A stretch of 55,985 nucleotides of DNA from Saprospiraceae bacterium. Lineage in GTDB: Bacteria; Bacteroidota; Bacteroidia; Chitinophagales; JAHQVX01. Positions 8,185-16,972 of this stretch are shown here, in pieces (position 1 is the first letter of the stretch; every line of letters begins with the position of its first letter). The stretch covers positions 1-55,985 of the forward strand of contig JAHQVX010000054.1 of assembly GCA_019634125.1 (NCBI GenBank), in the 5' to 3' direction. The notes under the pieces are model-generated. The model saw only the letters and a list, made by a program, of their open reading frames with translations, ran no database searches and was not told where the DNA came from. Both the position numbers and the translations under genes were made by a program.

Positions 8185-9198
8185 TTACTCAAATCCCTGA
8201 ACACCATTTACGGTGGTGTATTTCAATACTAAATTCTTATCTGGGAAAATCCGTTTAAAAGCAGATTGAACCATTAACGTTGCTTCATGAAAACCACAAA
8301 GAATCAATTTTAGTTTCCCAGGATAGGTGTTACAATCGCCTATCGCGTAAATGCCATCAATATTCGTGCTATAATCGAAGGTGTTGACTTTAACCGCATT
8401 TTTCTCAATATCCAAGCCCCAATCCGCGATTGGTCCGAGCTTAGGAGTGAGTCCAAACAACGGCACCCAGTGGTCGGTTGCGATTTTCTTTTCGCCTAAC
8501 GTCTTATGTTTCACGGTAAGTTCGTTCAGCTGCCCATTTCCGGAAATGCCAATGACTTCTGCCTCGGTGAGCAACGTTAATTTATTACGTTCAGCTAATT
8601 CAATCACTCGTTGTGCCGAATCGGGATGCCCTCTAAAGCCATTTCTTCGATGAACAAGGGTGACTTCTTCAGCTACTTGCTCTTCTGTTAAGTAAATGGC
8701 CCAATCCAAAGCAGAATCGCCTCCGCCAGAGATAACTACTTTTTTCCCTCTGTAGAATTCAGGATCCTTTATAATGTATTCAATGCCTTTATCTTCAAAG
8801 TCTGTCAAATTCTGGATAGGTGGTTTTCGCGGTTCAAAGCTTCCTAGTCCGCCAGCAATGGCAACAACTGGTGCTTTGTGCACCGTGCCTTTATTGGTCG
8901 TCACTAAAAAATCGCCATCTTCGGCCTTTTCAATAGTTTGAGCACGCTCACCCAGCGTAAAGCCAGGCTTAAACGGCTCTGCTTGAGCCATTAAACGTTC
9001 TACTAAATCGCCAGCTAAAATCTCTGGATAAGCTGGAATATCGTAGATCGGTTTTTTTGGATAAATCTCTGAGCATTGCCCACCAGGCTGTGGAAGTGCA
9101 TCGATTAAATGGCACTTCAATTTTAACAAGCCTGCTTCAAAAACAGTAAAGAGTCCACAAGGGCCAGCTCCAATGATTAAAATATCTGTTTGAATCAT
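8185..9198 (-). CDS. thioredoxin-reductase-like ferredoxin-NADP(+) reductase
   Basis: Two dinucleotide-binding motifs, IIGAGPCGLF and ISGGGDSALDWA. Start moved to MIQTDILIIGAG (9198), because the upstream 32 aa look like a non-coding extension. Confidence 0.8.
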   Translation of the reverse strand: MIQTDILIIGAGPCGLFTVFEAGLLKLKCHLIDALPQPGGQCSEIYPKKPIYDIPAYPEILAGDLVERLMAQAEPFKPGFTLGERAQTIEKAEDGDFLVTTNKGTVHKAPVVAIAGGLGSFEPRKPPIQNLTDFEDKGIEYIIKDPEFYRGKKVVISGGGDSALDWAIYLTEEQVAEEVTLVHRRNGFRGHPDSAQRVIELAERNKLTLLTEAEVIGISGNGQLNELTVKHKTLGEKKIATDHWVPLFGLTPKLGPIADWGLDIEKNAVKVNTFDYSTNIDGIYAIGDCNTYPGKLKLILCGFHEATLMVQSAFKRIFPDKNLVLKYTTVNGVQGFE

Positions 9199-9292
9199 AG
9201 ATCTCAGAAAAATTTGTGCAAAGGTACTTTTAGAAAATCTAAGCGTTAAACTTTCGCTTCTTATTTTCGCACTTATGGGCGTAAACATTGCC

Positions 9293-10393
9293 ATGGTAGA
9301 TTTAAAAACGCAGTATTTGCGTTTAAAAACAGAAATTGATGCTGCAATATCAGCAGTATTGGAAAGTAGTCGGTTTATCGGCGGAAAGGAAGTTACACGG
9401 TTCTCAGAACGGCTTTGTGCTTATTTAAATGTGCAACATTCGATTACATGCGGCAATGGTACGGATGCCCTCCAAATTGCATTAATGGCCTTAGATCTAA
9501 GGCCTGGGGATGAAGTCATTGTTCCTGCCTTTACCTACATTGCGCCAGTAGAAGTTATTGCGCTGCTCGGACTCAAGCCGGTGTTGGTAGATGTGAAGCC
9601 AGATACCTTTAATATTGATCCAGACGTACTCGTAGCGGCCATTAATTCGAAGACTAAAGCGATTATTCCCGTTCACTTATTTGGACAAAGTGCCGACATG
9701 GCTTCTATCATGAATATCGCCAAGAAACACGGACTTAAAGTAGTGGAAGACAATGCGCAATCGATTGGAACTAGGTTTGAGGGAAAGCATACAGGTACGT
9801 TGGGTGATATTGGTTGCATTAGTTTTTTTCCGTCGAAGAACTTAGGGGCTTATGGGGATGGCGGTGCATTAACGACGAATGACAGTGGGCTCGCCGCACG
9901 CTTGAAGAGCATTTGCAGTCATGGGCAATATTCAAGAAAGTATTATCACGATGAAATAGGGGTAAATAGTCGGCTCGATGCGCTTCAAGCGGCGATATTA
10001 AATGTAAAGTTGGGGCATTTGGATGATTTTGTGGCTGCCCGCCGCAGCGTAGCTGCGGCGTACGACAAGGCACTCAACGACGTTGCAGACATTACAATTC
10101 CTTTTCGCACTGCCTCCTCTACCCATGTATTTCATCAATACACACTCAAAATCAAGGCGGGCAAACGCGACGCATTAAAAGCCTATTTGTCCGAACAAGG
10201 CATACCGAGCATGATCTACTACCCCATGCCGATCTATACACAGCGTGCGTACACCAACGAATTCCCCGCTACTATTCACTTACCCGTTACGGAACAACTC
10301 TGCCAAGAAGTGTTATCCTTGCCAATGCACACGGAGATGACCGAAGACCAGATAGAATATATTATTCATCATGTTAAGCAATTCTTTAGCTAA
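9293..10393 (+). CDS. DegT/DnrJ/EryC1/StrS-family PLP-dependent sugar aminotransferase (WbpE/GnnB-like)
   Basis: MVDLKTQYLRLK... N-terminus. The FFPSKNLGAYGDGGA block carries the catalytic Lys. Length about 366 aa. Confidence 0.9.
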   Translation: MVDLKTQYLRLKTEIDAAISAVLESSRFIGGKEVTRFSERLCAYLNVQHSITCGNGTDALQIALMALDLRPGDEVIVPAFTYIAPVEVIALLGLKPVLVDVKPDTFNIDPDVLVAAINSKTKAIIPVHLFGQSADMASIMNIAKKHGLKVVEDNAQSIGTRFEGKHTGTLGDIGCISFFPSKNLGAYGDGGALTTNDSGLAARLKSICSHGQYSRKYYHDEIGVNSRLDALQAAILNVKLGHLDDFVAARRSVAAAYDKALNDVADITIPFRTASSTHVFHQYTLKIKAGKRDALKAYLSEQGIPSMIYYPMPIYTQRAYTNEFPATIHLPVTEQLCQEVLSLPMHTEMTEDQIEYIIHHVKQFFS

Positions 10394-11217
10394 TGCGAAA
10401 GACCTTTGCACTCATTGGTTCGAACGGATATATCGCTTCCAGGCACGTTGAGGCCATTGCGGCTACAGGCGGGCAATTGGTGGCTACATTAGACCCGAAG
10501 CCCCTTTCAAAAGAAAACAGTACTCATTTCACCGATGAAGCGGCGTTTTTTAAACATGTAGAAGAACAAGCCGTGGATTACGTAAGTATTTGCAGCCCCA
10601 GTTTTTTGCATGCGAAGCATGCAAAAAAAGCCATGGAAGCGGGATGTAACGTGATCTGTGAAAAGCCCCTCGCGCTTCGTTTGGATGACTTTCAAGCGCT
10701 GAAAGCGCTTGAAAAAAAACACCAAAAAAACTGCTTCGCCGTATTCCAATTCCGTCAAAGCACGACCATTCAATCCATCAAAAACACGATTAATCCTCAC
10801 GAACCTCAGAAAGTAGAACTCTTTTTTCAAGGCTACAGGCCTACCCAGTACTGGGAAAGCTGGAAAGGAAATGTAGAGCAAAGCGGGGGAATCTTAACCA
10901 ATATTGGTATTCACTACTTTGACATTGTGGCTTTTTGGCTGGGATATGACTGGACATACTTGAATTATTCAGAAGCCATGAAAAAATCGACGGGAACAGC
11001 AAAAATCGACGGAATACACGAGTTTAGTTGGTTGATCCAATTAGAAGACGAGGAACAACCCACTTCGAGATATTTCAAACTCAACAATGAACTCATCCCC
11101 CTCCACAATGATCAGCAGCTGTACAATAAGACCTATTTAGAATTCACTTCTACAGAAAAGAGCCTTCTCCACCAAGCACATCTCACCCATTCTATTCTCC
11201 CTGCTTTTAATACCTAA
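10393..11217 (+). CDS. Gfo/Idh/MocA-family sugar oxidoreductase (WbpB/GnnA-like)
   Basis: N-terminal Rossmann FALIGSNGYIASRH and the conserved EKPL motif (VICEKPLAL). Start overlaps the aminotransferase stop. Confidence 0.7.
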   Translation: MRKTFALIGSNGYIASRHVEAIAATGGQLVATLDPKPLSKENSTHFTDEAAFFKHVEEQAVDYVSICSPSFLHAKHAKKAMEAGCNVICEKPLALRLDDFQALKALEKKHQKNCFAVFQFRQSTTIQSIKNTINPHEPQKVELFFQGYRPTQYWESWKGNVEQSGGILTNIGIHYFDIVAFWLGYDWTYLNYSEAMKKSTGTAKIDGIHEFSWLIQLEDEEQPTSRYFKLNNELIPLHNDQQLYNKTYLEFTSTEKSLLHQAHLTHSILPAFNT

Positions 11218-11254
11218 AAGTTTAACGCATATTTGTAGTCTATTGGGCTTTAAT

Positions 11255-11881
11255 ATGAAAAAAGTACTTCAGAATATTGTCATTTCTATCTTTTCAAATT
11301 TCTATACACTATTCGGTAGCTATATAAAGAAAGGTAAAGGTGCAGCAAGTTTAAAAAAGGTAAAAAATAAGCTTTCGTTTATTGGTTCTGGAGTTCGTTT
11401 TAATGGCACAGTAACTATTACTGCACCTGGAAGCACTGCTATTGGAAATAACGTACACATTGGCGATAACGCTTTCCTTAGAACAGAAGGAGGCTTAGAA
11501 ATTGGAGATAACACGCACATCAGTAGAAATATTACTATTTACACACAAAACCATCAATATCAGGGGGCTGTTTTGCCTTTCGACAAGGATTCAATAAAAA
11601 AACCTGTTGTAATTGGCAAAAATGTTTGGATAGGCATGAATGTATCCATCCTACCTGGAGTAACCATAGGTGATGGGGCTATCATAGGATTAGGCACAGT
11701 AGTAATTAAAGATATTGAACCACTATCCATTGTTGGGCATCCGACTCCAAACTTCATCAAAAGTAGAGATGGAGATCATTACAACCGCTTAGAAAACGAC
11801 AAAGCTTATGGCGCTGTAGGCGGGAAAAAACTTTCCAAAGAAGCTATTGCAAACTACAAAGCATGGCCAAATGGCAAATAA
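11255..11881 (+). CDS. hexapeptide-repeat (LbH) acyl/acetyltransferase
   Basis: Repeated [LIV]-G-x-x-x-x hexads (IGNNVHIGDNAF, IGDNTHISRNI, IGKNVWIGMNVSILPGVTIGDGAIIG). ATG at 11255 preferred over TTG at 11243. Confidence 0.8.
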   Translation: MKKVLQNIVISIFSNFYTLFGSYIKKGKGAASLKKVKNKLSFIGSGVRFNGTVTITAPGSTAIGNNVHIGDNAFLRTEGGLEIGDNTHISRNITIYTQNHQYQGAVLPFDKDSIKKPVVIGKNVWIGMNVSILPGVTIGDGAIIGLGTVVIKDIEPLSIVGHPTPNFIKSRDGDHYNRLENDKAYGAVGGKKLSKEAIANYKAWPNGK

Positions 11882-13319
11882 CCTGAAACAAAGAGCTGTA
11901 AATAGTACTGTTTGGTCATTTGCAAATCAACTGCTTGCCAAAGGCATTTCTTTCTTTGTACAAATTTTATTAGCCAGATTATTACTCCCTGAAGACTTTG
12001 GACTTATCGCAATGGTTGTTGTATTCATCAATATACTGAATGCATTATCCGACTCAGGAATGGCTTCATCATTGCTTAGAACCAAGAATGCGAACGAAGA
12101 AGATTACAACACCGTATTTATATCAAACTTTGGATTTTCTATAGTCTTTTACGCCATACTTTTTTTGCTTGCGCCATTGATCGCCAACTTCTACAACGAA
12201 GCCCAACTAACAACTATTACTCGGATTTATGGAACTATTATTGTCATCCAGTCATTCTCAACGATTCAGCGAGCAAAACTGACAAGACAACTAGAGTTTA
12301 AGAAGCTTACGTTTGTTGAACTTCCCGCCGTATTAATTAGTGGCCTTGTAGGAGTTGTTGCCGCTTTACAAGGGCTAGGTGTTTGGGCTTTAGTTTTTAT
12401 GCACGTTTCGCTTCGAATAATGGATGCCTTTTTATTTTGGTTTACAACTAGATGGAAACCAAAACTAAAGATCCACAAGGAAAAGTTTATGCAACATTTT
12501 GATTATGGGATTAAAATGTCTTTAACTACAGTAACCAACCAAGTTTTCGCAGAATCTTACAACCTGTTCATCGGTAAATTTTATAGTGCAGGTACTTTGG
12601 GTCTGTACAACCGTTCATATACACTACAAAACACACCCACGCTTGTAGTTGGTCGATCTTTGAATCGAGTCACATTTCCAATGTTTTCCGACATCCAAGA
12701 CGATAACCCAAGACTCAAAAAATATTACAAACAAATTGCCGCCTTTGTGATGCTGATTATGGGGCCTTTTACATTAATTTCATTTTTTACAGCAGAACAA
12801 TTAATCCCAGCATTACTTGGCGCCCAATGGAAAGAGGCCATCCCTATTTTCAAAGTGGTTATTTTTTTAAGCCTAATGCTCCCGATCATCAGTTTTAATT
12901 TGAACATAATAAAGGCAAAAGGTCTAAGTGGATTAGTATTAAAAATCAACACCGGTTTAAAAATTTTGGCCATTTTGCTAATCATACTAGTTCTAAAAAA
13001 AGGAATAATGTGGCTAGTAGCTGTACAAGTTTTCCTGAAGTTTTTAGAGCTTGCCACCAACTCTCACTTTGCTGGAAAACTGATCAACTATAGCCTTTTC
13101 AATCAGCTCTTCGATTTAATAAAAACACTTTCTTTCAGTATTTTTGCAGGGACTTTCTCATATTTTTTAATCACCAAAGTTCACTTAGACAGCTCTTTTA
13201 CTTTCATTGCTGTTTATGTCAGCCTTTTCATGATTGTTTACATTTCATTACTAGAAGTTTCGAATCAACCCGATTATGTTGCATTGAAACATTTAGTATG
13301 GAATAAAATCAAAAAGTAA
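11871..13319 (+). CDS. wzx: Wzx-type polysaccharide flippase (MOP superfamily)
   Basis: About 480 aa, with 12 or more predicted TM helices. Typical N-terminus ...NSTVWSFANQLLAKGISFFVQILLARLL. Start at MANNLKQ overlaps the upstream stop. Confidence 0.85.
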   Translation: MANNLKQRAVNSTVWSFANQLLAKGISFFVQILLARLLLPEDFGLIAMVVVFINILNALSDSGMASSLLRTKNANEEDYNTVFISNFGFSIVFYAILFLLAPLIANFYNEAQLTTITRIYGTIIVIQSFSTIQRAKLTRQLEFKKLTFVELPAVLISGLVGVVAALQGLGVWALVFMHVSLRIMDAFLFWFTTRWKPKLKIHKEKFMQHFDYGIKMSLTTVTNQVFAESYNLFIGKFYSAGTLGLYNRSYTLQNTPTLVVGRSLNRVTFPMFSDIQDDNPRLKKYYKQIAAFVMLIMGPFTLISFFTAEQLIPALLGAQWKEAIPIFKVVIFLSLMLPIISFNLNIIKAKGLSGLVLKINTGLKILAILLIILVLKKGIMWLVAVQVFLKFLELATNSHFAGKLINYSLFNQLFDLIKTLSFSIFAGTFSYFLITKVHLDSSFTFIAVYVSLFMIVYISLLEVSNQPDYVALKHLVWNKIKK

Positions 13320-13324
13320 TTCAG

Positions 13325-14272
13325 ATGACTAAAGCCAACCTGTTTATAGTTGGTGCTCCTAAATGTGGGACCACTTCTTTGTTTGATTACTTATGCCAGC
13401 ACAAAGCCATTAATGGCTCTTCTACAAAAGAGCCTTTCTTTTTTTCTCCTGATGTAAGAGCTACCAACACCCCATTCCCTATTGCCGATTATCATGATTT
13501 GTTTGATTTTTCTACCCCGCATAAGTATTATCTAGAATCAACCACTTGGTATTTATATTCTTCTGAAGCTGCAAGAGAGATATTCAATTACCATCCAGAT
13601 GCTAAGATCATTATCATGCTTCGGAACCCAATCGAATTGATGGTGTCGCTCTACAATTTCAGAATGTATTACGGTACAGAAAATGCACCATCAATCATAA
13701 GTGCTATTAAAGAAGGAGAAGAAATCCAGCATGGGACTGTAAAAAAGAAATCTACTTCGTTGGCAGAAAAACAATACTCTTATTTGGGTGTAGCGTCCTA
13801 TGCACATCAAATTAAGCGGTATCAAAAAATATTTCCAGGAAGCAACATACATTTTATAAAATTTGACGACTTCAAATCAGACACTTCAAGCTCAGTAAAG
13901 GATGTTATGCTTTTTTTGGGTGAAGATCCAAACTTCTCATTTGAAACAAAATCGATAAGTAACCAAGGCAAAGAAGTAAAATCAAAGAAACTTAACGACT
14001 TACTAAGTAACCCACCTAAACCATTAAAGTCAATTGCCCAAATTTTGTTTGACGAGAAATCTAGAAGTAAGATTTACCGTCAAGGTCAAAAGTTAATTTC
14101 AAGAAAACCTGATCCCCAAAAACGAGAAACTCAAAAGCAAGAAATCGCTCAAGTCTATGGAGATGGGTTTTTAGATGACATTAAAACAACGGAAACATTG
14201 ACAAACTTAGACCTTCGAGACTGGACAAATCAAATATCCGAATGGAAATCTAAAACAATAAAGCCTGTCTAG
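13325..14272 (+). CDS. PAPS-dependent sulfotransferase
   Basis: 5'-PSB motif GAPKCGTTSL near the N-terminus and a 3'-PB-like MLRNPIELMVSLY. No signal peptide or TM segment. Confidence 0.8.
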   Translation: MTKANLFIVGAPKCGTTSLFDYLCQHKAINGSSTKEPFFFSPDVRATNTPFPIADYHDLFDFSTPHKYYLESTTWYLYSSEAAREIFNYHPDAKIIIMLRNPIELMVSLYNFRMYYGTENAPSIISAIKEGEEIQHGTVKKKSTSLAEKQYSYLGVASYAHQIKRYQKIFPGSNIHFIKFDDFKSDTSSSVKDVMLFLGEDPNFSFETKSISNQGKEVKSKKLNDLLSNPPKPLKSIAQILFDEKSRSKIYRQGQKLISRKPDPQKRETQKQEIAQVYGDGFLDDIKTTETLTNLDLRDWTNQISEWKSKTIKPV

Positions 14273-14322
14273 CTTTTTCTTACTTTTGAGCACTGAATTA
14301 TCTAAATAAACCAAAGCTGTAA

Positions 14323-15723
14323 ATGGAATTAGTTTCCAAAAATATTGACCAATTAATCACTTCTGGTGGCGACGAACGACTTGATCTTTTAGACAATGGA
14401 TTGAATAAATATTATTTGAACCCAAATGATTTCCAAGGGCTCATCAACAGAGGTTCATGTACGTGTAATACGTTAAATTCTTTTTCGAAGCCTATTGTAA
14501 ATCAAGTCTATTCAGATGTAGAGGGTGGGAAGGCATATAACGAATTGTTGGCCGAACACCGTAAACGCCTTAAAGATTTACTTAATTATGAGGGTCAGGA
14601 TAAATTCGATATCATATTCGCCCCTTCAGGAAGTGACTTGGTGTATTTACCGATTCTGTTCGCAAACATGCTGCACCCCAACAAGAAAATTATGAATTTC
14701 TTGACCTGCCCGGAAGAACTCGGGTCTGGAAGCATCACAGCCGCAGAAGGGAATTATTACATGGCTAAAAACCAATTCGACGAAGCATTACCAAAGACTG
14801 GATCATTAAAAACAGGACTGAATATTGAAGTGATTTTCTTCAATGCAAGGAGTTCATCCGGTCACATCCTTGACCATAAGGAAACCCTGAAACGAGAAAT
14901 CGCCCTACATCCGAATGAAGCCAAAATTGGAAGTTTAGTAATCGGCAGTAAATCGGGAATAGCCGACAACTTAACGGTTATTGACGAAGTAGAAGAAGAT
15001 GTACTTTGGACCATTGACTTATGTCAATTTAGAAATAGTAAAAAGTTGGTCAACGAGCTATTAGACAAAGGATGTAGTCTGATGATTACTGGCTCTAAAT
15101 TCTATCAAGCCCCTCCTTTTTGTGGTGCTATGCTTGTTCCAAAACCACTGGTAAAAAGACTTCAGAACTGTAAACTAGAAAGTACTGCTGCTTACTTAAA
15201 GACCATGTTTTCGGCGAATGACTTTCCGGATTCACTCATGAATGTTAAACAATCCCTTCGAAGCTTCAATAATTTAGGACTTCAACTTCGGTGGGAAGCA
15301 GCAATTAGTGAAATGGAAGCACTTAATGAGCTCCCTAATGAGGTCGTTAACGGCACTATTACTGAGTGGAATAATGTGGTAATGGGAGAACTTAGCAAAT
15401 ACCCGTATTTTAAGTTGATGCCGAATCAGAAAATTAGCAACCAGACCATTATTTCCTTCCGCGTGAAGAAAGATGGGGCATTTTTGGATCACCAGGCTTT
15501 ACGCCAGCTTTACAAGGAGATTCTAGTGAACAATCATACGATTTCGGATCAATTCGATCGGCTATGTATTGGACAACCCGTAGAATACATGAACAAGTCG
15601 TTTATTCGAATGGCATTAGGCTCTTTCAATTTAAGGAGGCTACTGGCCAAACCTGCTGAAAGCAGGTTTGATAACGACAAAAGGATTATCGAGCTCATTG
15701 CTCAAAAAATAGAAGCGTTGTAA
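14323..15723 (+). CDS. hypothetical protein, probable fold-type-I (class-V aminotransferase-like) PLP enzyme
   Basis: 466 aa. FAPSGSDLVYL..., then IDLCQF...SLMITGSKFYQAPPFCGAMLVP. This mirrors the class-V pattern vD..Q....sGHKw.gP.G.G.L with a candidate PLP Lys. Assignment is by pattern only. Confidence 0.45.
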   Translation: MELVSKNIDQLITSGGDERLDLLDNGLNKYYLNPNDFQGLINRGSCTCNTLNSFSKPIVNQVYSDVEGGKAYNELLAEHRKRLKDLLNYEGQDKFDIIFAPSGSDLVYLPILFANMLHPNKKIMNFLTCPEELGSGSITAAEGNYYMAKNQFDEALPKTGSLKTGLNIEVIFFNARSSSGHILDHKETLKREIALHPNEAKIGSLVIGSKSGIADNLTVIDEVEEDVLWTIDLCQFRNSKKLVNELLDKGCSLMITGSKFYQAPPFCGAMLVPKPLVKRLQNCKLESTAAYLKTMFSANDFPDSLMNVKQSLRSFNNLGLQLRWEAAISEMEALNELPNEVVNGTITEWNNVVMGELSKYPYFKLMPNQKISNQTIISFRVKKDGAFLDHQALRQLYKEILVNNHTISDQFDRLCIGQPVEYMNKSFIRMALGSFNLRRLLAKPAESRFDNDKRIIELIAQKIEAL

Positions 15724-15724
15724 T

Positions 15725-16972
15725 ATGCTGTCTTTAATTCAAGAGGAAGCGTTTTCGTCGACTTACAAAAGGGCGTTGACCAATGATTTAATTTCCTCCG
15801 AAGACACCTCTATCATCTTCTTTGATACCGACAAACTCGAAGAGAAACTTCAATACTTAAAAACCCTCTTCCCGGAATCTACCCACGCCATTGCCATTAA
15901 AAGCAATCCCCTAATTGTCAATCTAAAGACCATTTTAGAGTATGGCTTTAGTCTGGAGGCTGCATCAATGGAAGAGATCGAATTGGCTAAAGCGGCTGGG
16001 GCTGAAAACCATCAAATTGTATTCGATTCCCCAGTAAAAACAACTACAGAAATCCAGTTGCTTGCCGAACAATTAAAAGGTATTCACGTAAACGCCAATT
16101 GTATTGAGGAATTAGATCGCCTCAAAATACTACAAGACCACGTGGTTGGCCTGAGGATCAACCCATTGGTTGATCCAGGATCGCCCGACCATTTGAGCGT
16201 ATCTCGATCTTCTTCAAAATTTGGTGTTCCAATTTCATTAGAAAATGAAATCATTCAAGCAGCACTCGATTACGATAATGTGCAATGCCTTCATGTACAT
16301 ATCGGCTCGCAAATCGATGACCTCAATTCATTGCCAATCGCCTTGGAACGAATTTTAGACTTAGCTCGCATTATTAACCAACGTGCAGGCTTTAAAAAAA
16401 TTCACACCATTGATCTGGGTGGAGGATTTCCTGTCAATTACCAGCTCGATTCTGTACTAGGCATGGAGCAACTACGCGAAAATATTCTCCGTCGTACCCC
16501 GCAACTTTTTTCGGAATACAAGACCATCACCGAATTTGGACGATTCCCGAATGCGCACACATCCTGGATGGTGTCGGAAATCGAATATGAACTATCCTAC
16601 ACAACGCCTAAAACCATCATGGTTCATTTAGGTGCAGATAGCTTTGTTCGGGAGATTTATTCCTTCCAAGAAAAGCACCGGAAATTTATCCTTTCTGGTA
16701 AGGATTACAGCATTAAAAAAGGGCAAGAAACCGCCTATCAAATTGGAGGTCCACTCTGTTTTGGCGGAGATTTTTTAAGTCGAAATTGCCTTCTACCTAA
16801 AGTAGAAAAAGCAGACAAATTAGTGATTGCAGATGTTGGTGCGAACACCTTTTCACTCTGGTCGCGCCACTGCAGTAGAGCTTTTCCAAAAGTGATTGCC
16901 TACAGTAAAGACAAGATGGAAATCATAAAATCAAGAGAAAGTTATACCGACATCATCAATTTTTGGAGCTAA
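15725..16972 (+). CDS. fold-type-III PLP-dependent decarboxylase (Orn/DAP/Arg decarboxylase family)
   Basis: PLP-Lys motif AIAIKSNP, plus HVHIGSQ, DLGGGFPV and GGPLCFGGDF, which are the family's signature blocks. Confidence 0.8.
   Translation: MLSLIQEEAFSSTYKRALTNDLISSEDTSIIFFDTDKLEEKLQYLKTLFPESTHAIAIKSNPLIVNLKTILEYGFSLEAASMEEIELAKAAGAENHQIVFDSPVKTTTEIQLLAEQLKGIHVNANCIEELDRLKILQDHVVGLRINPLVDPGSPDHLSVSRSSSKFGVPISLENEIIQAALDYDNVQCLHVHIGSQIDDLNSLPIALERILDLARIINQRAGFKKIHTIDLGGGFPVNYQLDSVLGMEQLRENILRRTPQLFSEYKTITEFGRFPNAHTSWMVSEIEYELSYTTPKTIMVHLGADSFVREIYSFQEKHRKFILSGKDYSIKKGQETAYQIGGPLCFGGDFLSRNCLLPKVEKADKLVIADVGANTFSLWSRHCSRAFPKVIAYSKDKMEIIKSRESYTDIINFWS

Noticed and set aside
10507-10881. 124-aa antisense ORF in the Gfo/Idh/MocA gene
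   Set aside because: Shadow ORF. Its Phe/Arg/Lys-rich composition is typical of the reverse frame of an AT-rich gene.
12725-13060. 111-aa antisense ORF in wzx
   Set aside because: It is antisense to a multi-TM flippase. No independent support.
15725-16972. Reading the decarboxylase as housekeeping lysA, and the AsnB-like gene as asparagine synthetase
   Set aside because: Both are embedded and translationally coupled inside a glycan locus. The AsnB-like protein also lacks the N-terminal Cys nucleophile. A glycan-tailoring role is more plausible.
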